In this document: positions 1 through 10,107 of the stretch, piece after piece | Numbering within the stretch: position 1 is the stretch's first letter | Layout of the letters: every line of letters begins with the position of its first letter | From: a virus | Taxonomy: Duplodnaviria; Caudoviricetes | Virus record (IMG/VR): IMGVR_UViG_3300045996_002189 | Span: 1-56,344 of that record | Length of the DNA stretch: 56,344 nucleotides | Direction: 5' to 3' (one strand) | Notes under the pieces: generated by a model | What the model saw: the letters and a program-made list of their open reading frames with translations, nothing else | What the model was told of the DNA's origin: nothing | Databases searched by the model: none | Position numbers and translations under genes: made by a program

Positions 1-378
1 AATCGAATCCTTGGCCGACCTCAGGGCTTCCGGGGGAATTGGCACGGGCACCGTGATGAGAACACCCTTGGCTCCGATCTTGTCGGTTGACCCACGCGGA
101 GGCAGATCAATGGGCGGCACGATATATGGATGGTCGGATTCCACCCACCGATGTCCCTTTCCTGGACAGACCCGGTCACGGTCCCCCTTCCACGTGATGA
201 TCGCCGTGTAGGGCTCCACCTCATCCCACCGGTCGAACCGGGCACTGAGATTGCCGAGCGGGTACTGCTGGTCAAAATACCAGTATCCGAGCACAAAGAC
301 CGGCACGAGCGCGGCAATGGACAACACGGAAAGGAAGAATGCGAATAGGGTGGTGAGATAAGGTCGGACTATTTGCAT
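1..378 (-). CDS. Membrane-anchored hypothetical protein, 3'-truncated by window edge; paralog of 392..913
   Basis: Not in ORF track. Hand translation from ATG 378 (GGGAGG RBS): MQIVRPYLTTLFAFFLSVLSIAALVPVFVLGYWYFDQQYP...ITWKGDRDRVCPGKGHRWV, open to base 1. Matches YWLVIDRSKP...VKWFGERKRLCWGTSKRWL of the upstream gene. Confidence 0.75.
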   Translation of the reverse strand, partial: MQIVRPYLTTLFAFFLSVLSIAALVPVFVLGYWYFDQQYPLGNLSARFDRWDEVEPYTAIITWKGDRDRVCPGKGHRWVESDHPYIVPPIDLPPRGSTDKIGAKGVLITVPVPIPPEALRSAKDSI

Positions 379-391
379 GTCGGCCTCCCCA

Positions 392-913
392 TCACCACGG
401 GGGACTATTGAAACTGGACCCGGCGGCCGAATCGACAGGTAGTTCGAACGGGACGGGCGGAGGTTCCACAACAATCGGGTACAGGTATTCCTGGAGCGGA
501 TTGCAGGCGTAGAAGATCCGAATCCGGTAGGCACCCTTGATGTGTCCGGTGCGGGCAAAATAGGCTGGGATGTGGAGCGGAACCTCCCACTCGTAGGGGC
601 CTATCGGCTTGGTCTCGTGGTCGGGCGGATAGGGGATGTCCTCCAGCGGCAACAGGGCGCTGCCGGTCAACCAACGCTTGGACGTGCCCCAGCACAGCCG
701 TTTGCGCTCGCCAAACCACTTGACGAAGACGACCCAGGAACCGTCCGGCATTTGCTCGTATCTCGCAACCTCGCCATGGTCAACGACGACGGGCTTCGAC
801 CGGTCGATAACGAGCCAGTAGAAGATGAGAGCGAAGACCAGGACGAGGATGAATGAAACAATCCTCATCCCCCATACGATGAAGGTGTCTCGGTGCATCC
901 AAAGCATATTCAT
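392..913 (-). CDS. Membrane-anchored hypothetical protein (single N-terminal TM helix)
   Basis: 173 aa; hydrophobic IVSFILVLVFALIFYWLVI; ATGA overlap with the upstream gene. Confidence 0.75.
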   Translation of the reverse strand: MNMLWMHRDTFIVWGMRIVSFILVLVFALIFYWLVIDRSKPVVVDHGEVARYEQMPDGSWVVFVKWFGERKRLCWGTSKRWLTGSALLPLEDIPYPPDHETKPIGPYEWEVPLHIPAYFARTGHIKGAYRIRIFYACNPLQEYLYPIVVEPPPVPFELPVDSAAGSSFNSPPW

Positions 914-1323
914 GGCGTGCCTCCGGGCAACGTTCCGTTCGTGATGGCGAACAAAGCGCCGATGAACAGGGTGGCGACCAAACAGAGACCTCCGAGCAGG
1001 AAAGATTCGATGCGGGCGATGCGCTTGTCAAAGGATGCTTCGACCTCCTTGACCCGCTTCTCCGCATCGTCTGCGACCTCCTTGATCCTCTTCTGGTAGT
1101 CCTCGATGATTTCCTTGAAGCGTCTCTGCGTCTCGTCGCTGAGTTCGCGGAACCGCTTCTGGATCTCGTCGCCGATTTCCTTGAACCGACGCTCCTGCTG
1201 CTGACGAAGGCTTCTCAGGTCACGTTCCAGGTTTTCCATCCGGTACTGGAGCAGGGAAATGGACGATGCGTTCGCCTTGATTCGCGACGGCGGGTCTTCG
1301 TCCTCTTGGTAATTGTCACCCAT
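910..1323 (-). CDS. Coiled-coil protein with C-terminal TM helix (possibly holin-like or lysis-associated)
   Basis: 11-residue periodic coiled coil (QERRFKEIGDE/IQKRFRELSDE/TQRRFKEIIED) followed by a hydrophobic C-terminus; lies after the tail genes. Confidence 0.6.
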   Translation of the reverse strand: MGDNYQEDEDPPSRIKANASSISLLQYRMENLERDLRSLRQQQERRFKEIGDEIQKRFRELSDETQRRFKEIIEDYQKRIKEVADDAEKRVKEVEASFDKRIARIESFLLGGLCLVATLFIGALFAITNGTLPGGTP

Positions 1324-1407
1324 TGGCAGGTCTCCAGTACCGGAGGAGTTGTGTGACTCGACCGGGTGTTGTGCTGATCGATATCTCTTGAAAGCGACAG
1401 CGGAAGG

Positions 1408-3585
1408 TCAGTCGTTACTGACTAGGCTTGTGAGAACGTTGAGCCACTTCTGGACGGATGCCGTATCAGCCGGGTTTGGGACCGGGACCGGGGTCCCATC
1501 CGGCATACGAACGTCTTCCAACTTGCGGGTCGCACCCTTGTAGTTGGAGAACCCACCGACTTGTGACTCGTGATCCACCCAACCGCCTTTCTTGGTCCTG
1601 AGTTTGTTGATGACCCGAACGACGGTCGGATTGCGGGCGGTGGATTTCGGGAAGGGGCCGCAGTTGGCCAGCAGCCGGTCGTAGATTTGCTGTGCCGTCA
1701 GCGGCTTCACTGTGGTTCCGGGCGGCTGGATCGGCGGAGTCGAAGCCAGAACCTTGGTGTTGTTCGCACCTTGGGTTGGCTCGATGCCTGAGTACGTGAC
1801 GGATGTCCCCGGCGTGACGGTCGAGTTCTCGCCCTTCCAACCGTACAGGTTGCTGACGTAGACGGCGGAACCGCTCGGCCACTTCGCCGGGTAGCGATGA
1901 AACCGGAAGCCGGTGTGCTCGCCGCTCTGCGGACCGCTGATGCAGAGAATGCCTTGGGCGTTGACGAGGCATGGCTTGGACGGCGGCGGCGCAACCCCGA
2001 AGTGGATGCAGGCTCCCATCCGGACATTGAGCAGGGCGATGTTGGCGATGACCGTGCTCGTGCCGTGGTCGATGAACGGGGTGCGGAAATACATGTCGCT
2101 GAACAGGCAGTGCTGGATATCGACCTTCTGGGTGTTGTAGCCGATCAGCAAGCCATAATTGTGCTCACCCTGAGCGCCGCTGGCCACCTTCTCGTGAGCC
2201 TTGTACCCCAACTTCTGTGGACGCCAGAGTGGTTCCGAGAACAGGCAGTCGGTAAAACTGACATTGCTCAACGAGCCTCCTGATGGCCAGATTTCCACCG
2301 TCTCATCGGTGCCCCACAGGAAAGCACAGTGATCGAAATGAATGTTGGACCGCCTCCAAACGCTGCTCCCCGACCCCGGCGAGACCTTGACGACGTCGGC
2401 GTTGCCCTGGTCGCCAGGGTCGTAGCCGCGTTCGAACGTCAGGTGCTGGATACGAACGTTTGAAGCCTTGACCTGAAGTTCCTTGTGCTGGACGGTGATG
2501 CCGGGCGGCGGCGCGGTCTGTCCGGCGATAGTGGTGTTGTCCCCGGTAACGATGAGGCTCGACTTCAGTTTGATGCAGCCCGCGACCTCGAAGACGATCA
2601 GCCGGTTCGGTTTGGCGAGCGCGTCCCGCAGCGTTCCGGCACCGCTGTCATCGAGGCTGGTCACTCGGTAGAATGCCTGACCGGTTGCAGCGCGGGCGTC
2701 TGTCGCGAAACCCTTGGCTCTCGGGAATTTTGCCATCAGAGGCTCCGGTATCGGGGGAGGAGGTGGTGGAGGTGGCGGCTCGACAACGACCGGGTCCTCA
2801 ATGACGTCCGGTTCCGGCCCTGGTTCGGGATCTTCCGGTTGCGGTTCCGTCGGCGGTGCCGGTTCCTCAATGGGAGGCGCTGGCGGCGGTTCTGGAATCT
2901 TGGGCTGGACGTCCTGGATGGTAACGGTGCAGGTCGCCTGCTCGACCGTGCAGCCGACCGGTTCCTGAATGCTGATGCGCAGGGTCTCCGGCGGCTCGGC
3001 CAGGGTATCCGCCATGACCTTGAGGCTGGCGACGGCAGTCTTCTGGTCCTTCGCCATCGACATGCCCAGGCGCGGGTCGTACCCGGCATAATCCGCCGTC
3101 GTCTTGGCAGTGTCGCCTGTGGTCTTGAGCTTGAACGAGCAGGCCCCCGTCCCTGTCTTGGTCACGGTCAGGGACAACGCCTCCCCCTCCTTGACCGTCG
3201 CCGTGGCCGGGACGCTGACCTTGGGCAGCGGGGGAGGGGGAGGCGGCGGAGCAGGCGTGGTGTCGGCAATGGTGATGATGCACTTGCCCTGTGAGACGGT
3301 GCAGCCCTGCGGCTCCACCACCCATACCGTCAAGGTCTCGGGTGGCTCGACCGCTCCGTCGGGATAGACTTTCAGCGTCGCGCAGCCGGTGGTCTGAACA
3401 GCATCGAACGCAACGGTGACGGGCTCAGCGTAGCCCAGATAGTCGGTCGCCGCAGAAGCTGTGCCCGCAGCCGTCTTGAGCTTGACCTGACATGGGCCTG
3501 TCCCCGTCTTGGTCACGGGGATCGCGAGGACAGACCCTTCTGAGACAGACAGCGTCGTGGGAACGGCGACTGTTGGGAGCGCCAT
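1408..3585 (-). CDS. 2x Calx-beta + Pro-rich linker + pectate-lyase (PL1-like) beta-helix protein
   Basis: Likely start MALPTV at 3585 (AAGAAAGG RBS). Calx-beta motifs V.EG...V..KT..GTA...DY...D...EPPET; PL1 motifs RVTSLDDSGAGTLRDAL, IVFEVAG, TIAGQTAP, HFDH..F.WGTDE, RTP. Confidence 0.85.
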   Translation of the reverse strand: MALPTVAVPTTLSVSEGSVLAIPVTKTGTGPCQVKLKTAAGTASAATDYLGYAEPVTVAFDAVQTTGCATLKVYPDGAVEPPETLTVWVVEPQGCTVSQGKCIITIADTTPAPPPPPPPLPKVSVPATATVKEGEALSLTVTKTGTGACSFKLKTTGDTAKTTADYAGYDPRLGMSMAKDQKTAVASLKVMADTLAEPPETLRISIQEPVGCTVEQATCTVTIQDVQPKIPEPPPAPPIEEPAPPTEPQPEDPEPGPEPDVIEDPVVVEPPPPPPPPPIPEPLMAKFPRAKGFATDARAATGQAFYRVTSLDDSGAGTLRDALAKPNRLIVFEVAGCIKLKSSLIVTGDNTTIAGQTAPPPGITVQHKELQVKASNVRIQHLTFERGYDPGDQGNADVVKVSPGSGSSVWRRSNIHFDHCAFLWGTDETVEIWPSGGSLSNVSFTDCLFSEPLWRPQKLGYKAHEKVASGAQGEHNYGLLIGYNTQKVDIQHCLFSDMYFRTPFIDHGTSTVIANIALLNVRMGACIHFGVAPPPSKPCLVNAQGILCISGPQSGEHTGFRFHRYPAKWPSGSAVYVSNLYGWKGENSTVTPGTSVTYSGIEPTQGANNTKVLASTPPIQPPGTTVKPLTAQQIYDRLLANCGPFPKSTARNPTVVRVINKLRTKKGGWVDHESQVGGFSNYKGATRKLEDVRMPDGTPVPVPNPADTASVQKWLNVLTSLVSND

Positions 3586-3620
3586 GAGTGGGCCTTTCTT
3601 CTGCGGGAATGGGACTGGGT

Positions 3621-6600
3621 CTAGTCGTACTGGACCTGATCGAGGAACTTCCGGAGCCATGTCTTCATGGCGGCTTTGCTGGTGGTCGTTGCAGGCTGCG
3701 GCTGCGCAGGCGGTGCCGGGATGGCGCTGCCATCAGGGAACGTGGTGTTGCCGTTCAGCGCCCGGTTCACTTGGAGGGGCGCGTAGAACCCGCCGACTTC
3801 GTTCTCGTGGTTGACCCAGGCTCCGGTCTTCCTGCTCAGGCGGTCCACTGTGCGCTTCGGGCCGGGATTGGACTGGAGGGTCGAACTGCGGCGATCCTTC
3901 GGGCGTGGACCGATGTTGACGAGCGCACGGTCATAGATTTCCTGGGCTGACAGGGCAACAGTCGCAGGGTTTGTGTCGATGGGCGGCGAATTGACCATGA
4001 CACCGACCTTGGTCGATCCATTCAGCCAGAACGGCTTTCCAAGGACCCCTTCGAAGGTTTCGACGGGAGGCTGACCATCGACCCACCACTGGTCATAGGT
4101 CGGCGTGGTGCCCGGAGTGTAAGTTGAACCGCCGCCTCTCCAGCCGTAAAGATTGCTGGCATAAACGCGGGAATTGGCGGCCTGGACCTGTGGGTAACTG
4201 TTCCAGCGAAGACCGCTCCTTGGACCGGAGCCAGACTGGGGGCCGCTGATGCACAGGTATCCCTTGATCGTGACGTTGATGGTCTTGACGTTTGCACTCT
4301 GCTGGAGGGATGCGCCGTTACCACAATTGTTGGAGATCACATTGGCCACGACGACTGTGTTGCTGTGGTCGATCCGGGGGCAGCGCCAAGACATTTCGGA
4401 GAACAGGCAATATTGCAAGTCGATGTTGGTGACGCCGTAACCGATGATCATGCCGTAGGTATGGTTGCTCTGCCCCTCCTGGACTTTTTCGTGGTCCAAC
4501 AGATTGGGGTCGTACAGCGACGGCTTGTGCAATGCTTCGGTGAATATGCAATCATGGTAGGAGATATTCTCAAGCCTTCGCGATGCCGACGGCCAGTGCT
4601 CAACGGTTTCATCGATGCTCCAGTAAAATGCGCAGTGAGAGAAATGAATGTTCCTGTGTATGGTTGGCGACCCAGATGTCAGGGGACCCCCCGGTCCAAC
4701 CTTCCCAACGTCGCCGTTATATCGGTAAGCATTGGAATTTTCGTATCCTCTCTCAAACGTGATATGCGATATCCGTATATTGCTGGCCTTTATTTCAAAC
4801 TCTTTCTTCTGGATGGTGATTCCAGGAGGCGGGGCAGTTTCCCCGGCTATCGTAACGTTGCTGCCAAAGGTCAGTGTCGATAGAAGTTGTATTCTCCCCC
4901 CGACCTCGAACACGATCATGCAGTTGCCCGCCTGAACGCCTGAGCGGAGGCTGCCGGTTCCGCTGTCGTTCAGATTCGTCACGCGGTAGATCGGGTAGCC
5001 GGTCCCGCAGTCGGCAGTCGATGCAAAGCCGGTGGCTGCAGGGAACGCAGTTTGGTTCGGCTCGCCAGATCCGCTGGGGTCGAGAATGGAGACAGTGCAG
5101 GTGCCGCTGGTTATGGTGCAGCCGACCGGGTTCTCGATGATCACGCTGAAGGTCTCGGTCGGTTCCACGAGGGCATCCGTTGCCGTCTGGACGGACACCG
5201 TCCTGCTCGTTTCGTTCTCGGTAAAATTCAGGGTGATCGGCCCCATGCCGGTATAGTCGGACGTCAGAGTCGCGGTGCTCTGTTGCGTCCTCCACTGGAC
5301 CGAGCAGGCCCCTGCTCCCAACTTCGTGATGATGACGTTGACGATACCGCCCTCGGTCACGCTTGCGGTCTGCGGAACGCTGAGGCGCGGTTTCTCAAGG
5401 ATGGTGGCCAGCCCCGTGGCCGTGCCGAGTTCACAGCCGCTCGGGGATGCGAGGTTGAGGGAGAATGTCTCTCCTGGGTCCTCTACGGCATCGGTCGCAG
5501 TGACGACATCGACGGTTTTGACGGTGTCGTTTGCCGCGAAACTCACGGTGACCGGCCCGACACCGGTATAGTCCGTGGCGAAAGTCGCCGTTACGGCTTT
5601 GGTGTTGAAGGCCACGCTGCAGGCGCCGCTGCCCGTCTTGGTGATTGGGACGGTCAGGGTGCTGCCTTCCATCACGGTTATGGACTGTGGCACGCTGACG
5701 ATTGGCAGGGGCTGTGCTCCGCTCGGCGGGCTGTAGTTCAGATTGCCACTGACGAGCAGGGAATCCGCTTCGCTGAGCGGCGATGTCCAGCCGTAAATCG
5801 CCTGGATGACGATTGATCCGGGCTGAAGGCCGCTCGGTTCGGTGGCTCCGAAACGGAGCGCGGCCACGGCGACCGGGGACGGTGCGCCCGTGATGCCGAC
5901 AATCTGCTCGCCCATCTTCGCGCCGCCGCTGTAGACGGCGATCTTCGCGTTGGGATTGACCGTCATGAGCACGGTGGAAGCGGTGCCGATGGGTGCCGAT
6001 GGTCCGGTGATGACGGCGTGGCTGACGCCGCCAGTCCGCAGATTGGCGGTAATGAGACCGCCCACGGTGGTTATGCCATTGTCGTCGTTGGTGACGATGT
6101 TGGTGGTGTCTTTGGCGATCCAGAGCCGCTGCGTGTTCGGCACGCCGCGCAGACGAATGAATCGCATCGCGAGGGAGTAGGTGTTCAGTTGCCACCAAGT
6201 GCCAGACGCTTTCAGGACATCTGCGGCACGGGTCGTCTTGGCGCTGGCTCCCTGGACGATGATGGGGCTCGACATGCCCGCGCCGTTTTCCAACTGGATG
6301 TGGCACAGGTCGAAACCGTCCGACGTTACGCCGCCGAAACTGATCGCCTGGGCTGCGTCCTCAACGGCGACGGCGATCTCCGCCGACACACCCGCACTGG
6401 TGACCTGTGGCCTGTCCAAGGATATGCGGTGCCACCCCGAAGCGCCGTAGAACGGGTCCTTTTCAATGGTCAGGATGAGGCCGCTGTCGCCGCTGATTGC
6501 GGGCGGGTCGTTCAGGTCGAGGTGCGCGATTTTAACGACGTTGTCGATGCCCTTGATCGTCATGCGGATATAGGGCCGGAAGATGGGCCGGATCATGATC

Positions 6601-8570
6601 GAGGTGGTGAATTCCCCCGTCGGCATGTCGCAGTTGGCCGACGTGAGCGTCACGGCGACCTTGTGCTCGCCCGTAACCGCAGTTTCCCGGAATCTGATGT
6701 AGCGCAATCCGGTAGGCGTCTGCTCGTTGGTGATCGTGGTGATGGTGCCGTTGGTTGCCGTCCAGCCGGGATTGACGCTGTCGTACAGTCGCTGCTCGGC
6801 CGCCGCAGGCTCAATCAGCATCCCGGAGATGCCTGGGGCGGTGAAATGTTGACGGTAGCCGTCAACAGCCACCTGCGTCCAGTTGCCAGCGCTGTTGCGC
6901 GTCCAGGCAATCGACGACCTTGTGTGAACGACGCCGGTCGGCAGGGTGCTGCCGAAATTGATTTGGGTACTGGACGGGACGCCAGCCGGGATAACGCGGG
7001 GCAGGTGAACGACGCAGGTGCCGCTGGCAATCGTCGCCCGGTTCGGCGCGGACAGTTGAATGGTGAAGGATTTGTCTTCGACGGTCCCGCGCGTATTCAG
7101 GGTGATCGGTATCGTCGCGGACGTTTGTCCAGGGTCGATGGACAGGGTTCCGTTCGTCCCGACGTAATCGACCCCGGCGAGCGCGGTTCCATTCACCGTC
7201 TTGAAGCCGACAGAAGCGCCATCCGTGCCGCCGGTCAGAACGACGAGCAGGTCGAAACTGTTCGTCTCAGGCGGGAGCGTGATCTCGGATTGGATTTCAA
7301 AGACAGGCAGGGACAGGTCGTCGCCGGCCTTCGACAAATCGGCCGAATAGGTCTTGGCTGATTCGAGAGTGAGTGCCTGATTCCAGTACTTGATGCGACG
7401 CACCAGCATCGGTCCGGCGAGAGCGCCGTTGGATTGGGCACCAACCCTCAGTCCAGAGAAGGACGACGGCACGGAACCGTCATTGTCGCTGCCAAGCAGA
7501 ACGCCGTCCTGCACGAGAAGATAGTTGCCGTTCGCCCCCGTCAGAACGACCGTCCGGCGCTTCCCCGGCTTGGGGTCGGTCGCAGCGATGGAAATGGAGG
7601 TGTTTGCCCCGGCGGTCCCATTGTAGGTCACCGACTGTAGTGAATTCGTCAGCGTTAGGGAGTCGGTGCCGGTAAAGTGCAGGATGGCCTGCTGAGCCCG
7701 CGCTATCGGAACATAGTCGATGCCGATGGACTTGCCGCCTGCAGTCACCCAGTCCACGGTGCTCGTCACGATATCCGCCGCCCTGGTCACCGTCGTTACC
7801 CCGGTATTGATGATCGGGGACGTTGCCTCCGTGCCGATCTCGGCGCCGAGGTAGGCGAGATGCATCCCGCTGGTGCCGTTGCCGGCGTAGGTCCTGGTAC
7901 CGGTCTCGTTGTAGATGTTGGCGGTAATGGCTGGGACCGTCGTCCCCGTCCCGAAGTTGTTGACGACCCTGATCGTATAAAAACCGTTGGCATCCGGGAC
8001 AATCTCGGCACTGACGACGCCGCTTTGGGAAACGACCGTTCCGGCGCCATCTAGCGAGAACCGGCACGTGGAATAGGTGTTCGTGCGGTTGAGGATGAAA
8101 AACGCGACTTCCTTGTAGACACCGATGGGCTTCATCACGGCCTGGATCGCCAGCGTCGTATTGTCCGCGATGGCAGCACCGTGGGCCGCATTGCCGAGGT
8201 ATCCCGCCCAGCCGTGTGTCCCGGACACGGTGTTCGGAATGACCGTTGCCGAGCCCGCGCCGAACGGGGTTTCAATCGCGGCGTCGTAGCCGATGGTCGC
8301 CTGCGTGCTGTAAGGCGTCGGCTGCCGGGTGCGATAGAGAACCTGGGTCCGGGACGGCTCCACCATCAGGAACGGGCCGTCCAACGTCGCGGGGTCGAAC
8401 CACGTGCGCGGGGTGTTGACGGCGAACTCCACCCACTGCCCGCTGGCGTCGCGTCCCATGGCTGTCCCGGAACGATCCAAGGACATACCTGTGGGCATGA
8501 CCGAACCGAATTGCAAATCAAGGCTGGCGGTCGGAAGGGTTTCGGTGCTGGAACCGACGTAAAACCACAT
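3621..8570 (-). CDS. Giant receptor-binding/depolymerase: 2x spike-fibre LamG-like modules + 3x Calx-beta + PL1-like lyase
   Basis: 1649 aa. Two R(S)..A..RD/N..G.W......N/D..R...G.L.E...TRAAD modules; three Calx-beta repeats; C-terminal RVTNLNDSGTGSLR/IVFEVGG/TIAGETAP/WSIDE/RCPR. Confidence 0.85.
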   Translation of the reverse strand: MWFYVGSSTETLPTASLDLQFGSVMPTGMSLDRSGTAMGRDASGQWVEFAVNTPRTWFDPATLDGPFLMVEPSRTQVLYRTRQPTPYSTQATIGYDAAIETPFGAGSATVIPNTVSGTHGWAGYLGNAAHGAAIADNTTLAIQAVMKPIGVYKEVAFFILNRTNTYSTCRFSLDGAGTVVSQSGVVSAEIVPDANGFYTIRVVNNFGTGTTVPAITANIYNETGTRTYAGNGTSGMHLAYLGAEIGTEATSPIINTGVTTVTRAADIVTSTVDWVTAGGKSIGIDYVPIARAQQAILHFTGTDSLTLTNSLQSVTYNGTAGANTSISIAATDPKPGKRRTVVLTGANGNYLLVQDGVLLGSDNDGSVPSSFSGLRVGAQSNGALAGPMLVRRIKYWNQALTLESAKTYSADLSKAGDDLSLPVFEIQSEITLPPETNSFDLLVVLTGGTDGASVGFKTVNGTALAGVDYVGTNGTLSIDPGQTSATIPITLNTRGTVEDKSFTIQLSAPNRATIASGTCVVHLPRVIPAGVPSSTQINFGSTLPTGVVHTRSSIAWTRNSAGNWTQVAVDGYRQHFTAPGISGMLIEPAAAEQRLYDSVNPGWTATNGTITTITNEQTPTGLRYIRFRETAVTGEHKVAVTLTSANCDMPTGEFTTSIMIRPIFRPYIRMTIKGIDNVVKIAHLDLNDPPAISGDSGLILTIEKDPFYGASGWHRISLDRPQVTSAGVSAEIAVAVEDAAQAISFGGVTSDGFDLCHIQLENGAGMSSPIIVQGASAKTTRAADVLKASGTWWQLNTYSLAMRFIRLRGVPNTQRLWIAKDTTNIVTNDDNGITTVGGLITANLRTGGVSHAVITGPSAPIGTASTVLMTVNPNAKIAVYSGGAKMGEQIVGITGAPSPVAVAALRFGATEPSGLQPGSIVIQAIYGWTSPLSEADSLLVSGNLNYSPPSGAQPLPIVSVPQSITVMEGSTLTVPITKTGSGACSVAFNTKAVTATFATDYTGVGPVTVSFAANDTVKTVDVVTATDAVEDPGETFSLNLASPSGCELGTATGLATILEKPRLSVPQTASVTEGGIVNVIITKLGAGACSVQWRTQQSTATLTSDYTGMGPITLNFTENETSRTVSVQTATDALVEPTETFSVIIENPVGCTITSGTCTVSILDPSGSGEPNQTAFPAATGFASTADCGTGYPIYRVTNLNDSGTGSLRSGVQAGNCMIVFEVGGRIQLLSTLTFGSNVTIAGETAPPPGITIQKKEFEIKASNIRISHITFERGYENSNAYRYNGDVGKVGPGGPLTSGSPTIHRNIHFSHCAFYWSIDETVEHWPSASRRLENISYHDCIFTEALHKPSLYDPNLLDHEKVQEGQSNHTYGMIIGYGVTNIDLQYCLFSEMSWRCPRIDHSNTVVVANVISNNCGNGASLQQSANVKTINVTIKGYLCISGPQSGSGPRSGLRWNSYPQVQAANSRVYASNLYGWRGGGSTYTPGTTPTYDQWWVDGQPPVETFEGVLGKPFWLNGSTKVGVMVNSPPIDTNPATVALSAQEIYDRALVNIGPRPKDRRSSTLQSNPGPKRTVDRLSRKTGAWVNHENEVGGFYAPLQVNRALNGNTTFPDGSAIPAPPAQPQPATTTSKAAMKTWLRKFLDQVQYD

Positions 8571-8574
8571 ATCG

Positions 8575-10068
8575 TCAGGCCCCGGAGTAGGCGATAGAGA
8601 AGGAGAAGTCGGTTGCCGAGGACTGCGGCACCAGTCGCATCGTCAGGCGCGACCCCGTGGGAACCAGCAAGGAGTCGGTTGGTCCGACCTGGACCATTGT
8701 CGTCCCCGCCGTTCCGCTGATCGGGGGCGTGGCAGGATCTTCGGGCGTGTCCTGAAGATCCTCCCCGAGGAAGAGGCTGAACTGTACGCTGCTACTGGCG
8801 CAGACGGCAGACATGCTCGTAATCGTGATCGGCGAGTTGGAGTTGAGAATCAGTGTGTAGTTTTTTGCCTTCGGCGCTTCGATCATGCCGCTGAGGGTGC
8901 TGGCGATGCCGACGATCCGGTTGCCGCCGAGGGACAGGTTGCCGCCGAGGCGCGGGTTGGGGTCGGCTTGGACGTTCGGGATGCCGGATGCGGGCAGGGT
9001 CTGCGGGCGCCAGATGTTGTCGCTTTCGAGCCGGAGAATCTGTCCGGCAATCGCCCCGGTGAGGGATACGTCCGGACTGTCGGCCAGTTTCTGGCGCCGG
9101 ACCGCAACGGTGTACTGGCCTGTGGTTTCCCCCTGGACCGTAAAGTGGTCGGTATTGAAGAACATGGAGCGGAAGCGCAGGGAGACGCCGAGCTTGTCTG
9201 AGAAAACCCTGACGACGTTCGTCGTGCCGGTGCCGAGGTTCTCTGCTGTGTTGGCTTCGCCGCCCGTGGTTCCGCCACCCGTGCCGCTGCCGGTAATGAC
9301 GACGTCATTCCCTGAACTTGAGACGGTGACGCCGTTGGTGCCGCGCAGGCCGTAAAGATTCAGCGTCGTCCCTGTCTTGGCGGCGACGAGGGATGTCGAT
9401 GTCGATGTCCCGACGCTGGCAAGGGTGTTGGTTTCGCCGACTGCGGGAACTGTAATCGTCAGCCGGTCGCTGTTCTGGACAAGACTGGCCCCGACGACCT
9501 GAATGGCCCTGAACTGGTGCCCCCCCGATGTATTGGTCCCGGCGTACAGTTGCCCGATGTTGGTTCCTGCGTTGACCATGTTGAGCAGGATGACCGAAAG
9601 CGTGGCCGGCGACGTGAAGGCGTAGGAGCCGTCGGACATCTTGGTCATGATCTGACCAGTCAGTGCCGTCGAGCTGTTGAGGTCGAGAATGTCCGCCACC
9701 CGGATGGCGCGGGAGCCTCCCTCCGGGGAGCCCAGCGTTGCCGTCAGGTCGGCGTCGATGTCGTAGATGGCCCTGCGAACGATGATCGTCGCATCGACGT
9801 CGTTCGGCCCCGGAACGGCATAGCCGCGGGGCGTGAAATCCGTGTGGAGCAGATAGTATTCACCGGCTGCCGTGGTGCCCTGATAGGCACCGCTGAGGAC
9901 GATCTGCTCCTCCGAGAGGACGGCGGCAACGGTATAGGTTATTCCCTGCCCGCGAAGGGTGAACCAGTGCCCAGGCTCAATGCCGGCCGTGACCCACTTC
10001 GTTCCCGAGCCCACGATGGTGGACGAGTTGCTGGTGACGGTAACGGTACCGTCGCGATATTGGGCCAA
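8575..10068 (-). CDS. Tail fibre protein
   Basis: N-terminal Y.DGTVTVT.NS.TIVGSGTKW typical of side-fibre attachment domains; repeated GE.NT.(A/E)..G and L.FR motifs; D.NPRLGGNL motif. Confidence 0.75.
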   Translation of the reverse strand: MAQYRDGTVTVTSNSSTIVGSGTKWVTAGIEPGHWFTLRGQGITYTVAAVLSEEQIVLSGAYQGTTAAGEYYLLHTDFTPRGYAVPGPNDVDATIIVRRAIYDIDADLTATLGSPEGGSRAIRVADILDLNSSTALTGQIMTKMSDGSYAFTSPATLSVILLNMVNAGTNIGQLYAGTNTSGGHQFRAIQVVGASLVQNSDRLTITVPAVGETNTLASVGTSTSTSLVAAKTGTTLNLYGLRGTNGVTVSSSGNDVVITGSGTGGGTTGGEANTAENLGTGTTNVVRVFSDKLGVSLRFRSMFFNTDHFTVQGETTGQYTVAVRRQKLADSPDVSLTGAIAGQILRLESDNIWRPQTLPASGIPNVQADPNPRLGGNLSLGGNRIVGIASTLSGMIEAPKAKNYTLILNSNSPITITSMSAVCASSSVQFSLFLGEDLQDTPEDPATPPISGTAGTTMVQVGPTDSLLVPTGSRLTMRLVPQSSATDFSFSIAYSGA

Positions 10069-10085
10069 TGGGAGTCTCCAGGCAG

Positions 10086-10107
10086 AAAAAACCCCGCCTC
10101 AGCGGGT
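10086..10107 (-). terminator. Rho-independent terminator
   Basis: Minus strand ACCCGC-TGAG-GCGGGG followed by TTTTTT, directly after the 10107 stop. Confidence 0.65.

Noticed and set aside
1408-8570. Diversity-generating retroelement behind the duplicated lyase C-termini
   Set aside because: No reverse transcriptase in the window, and divergence is general rather than adenine-specific.
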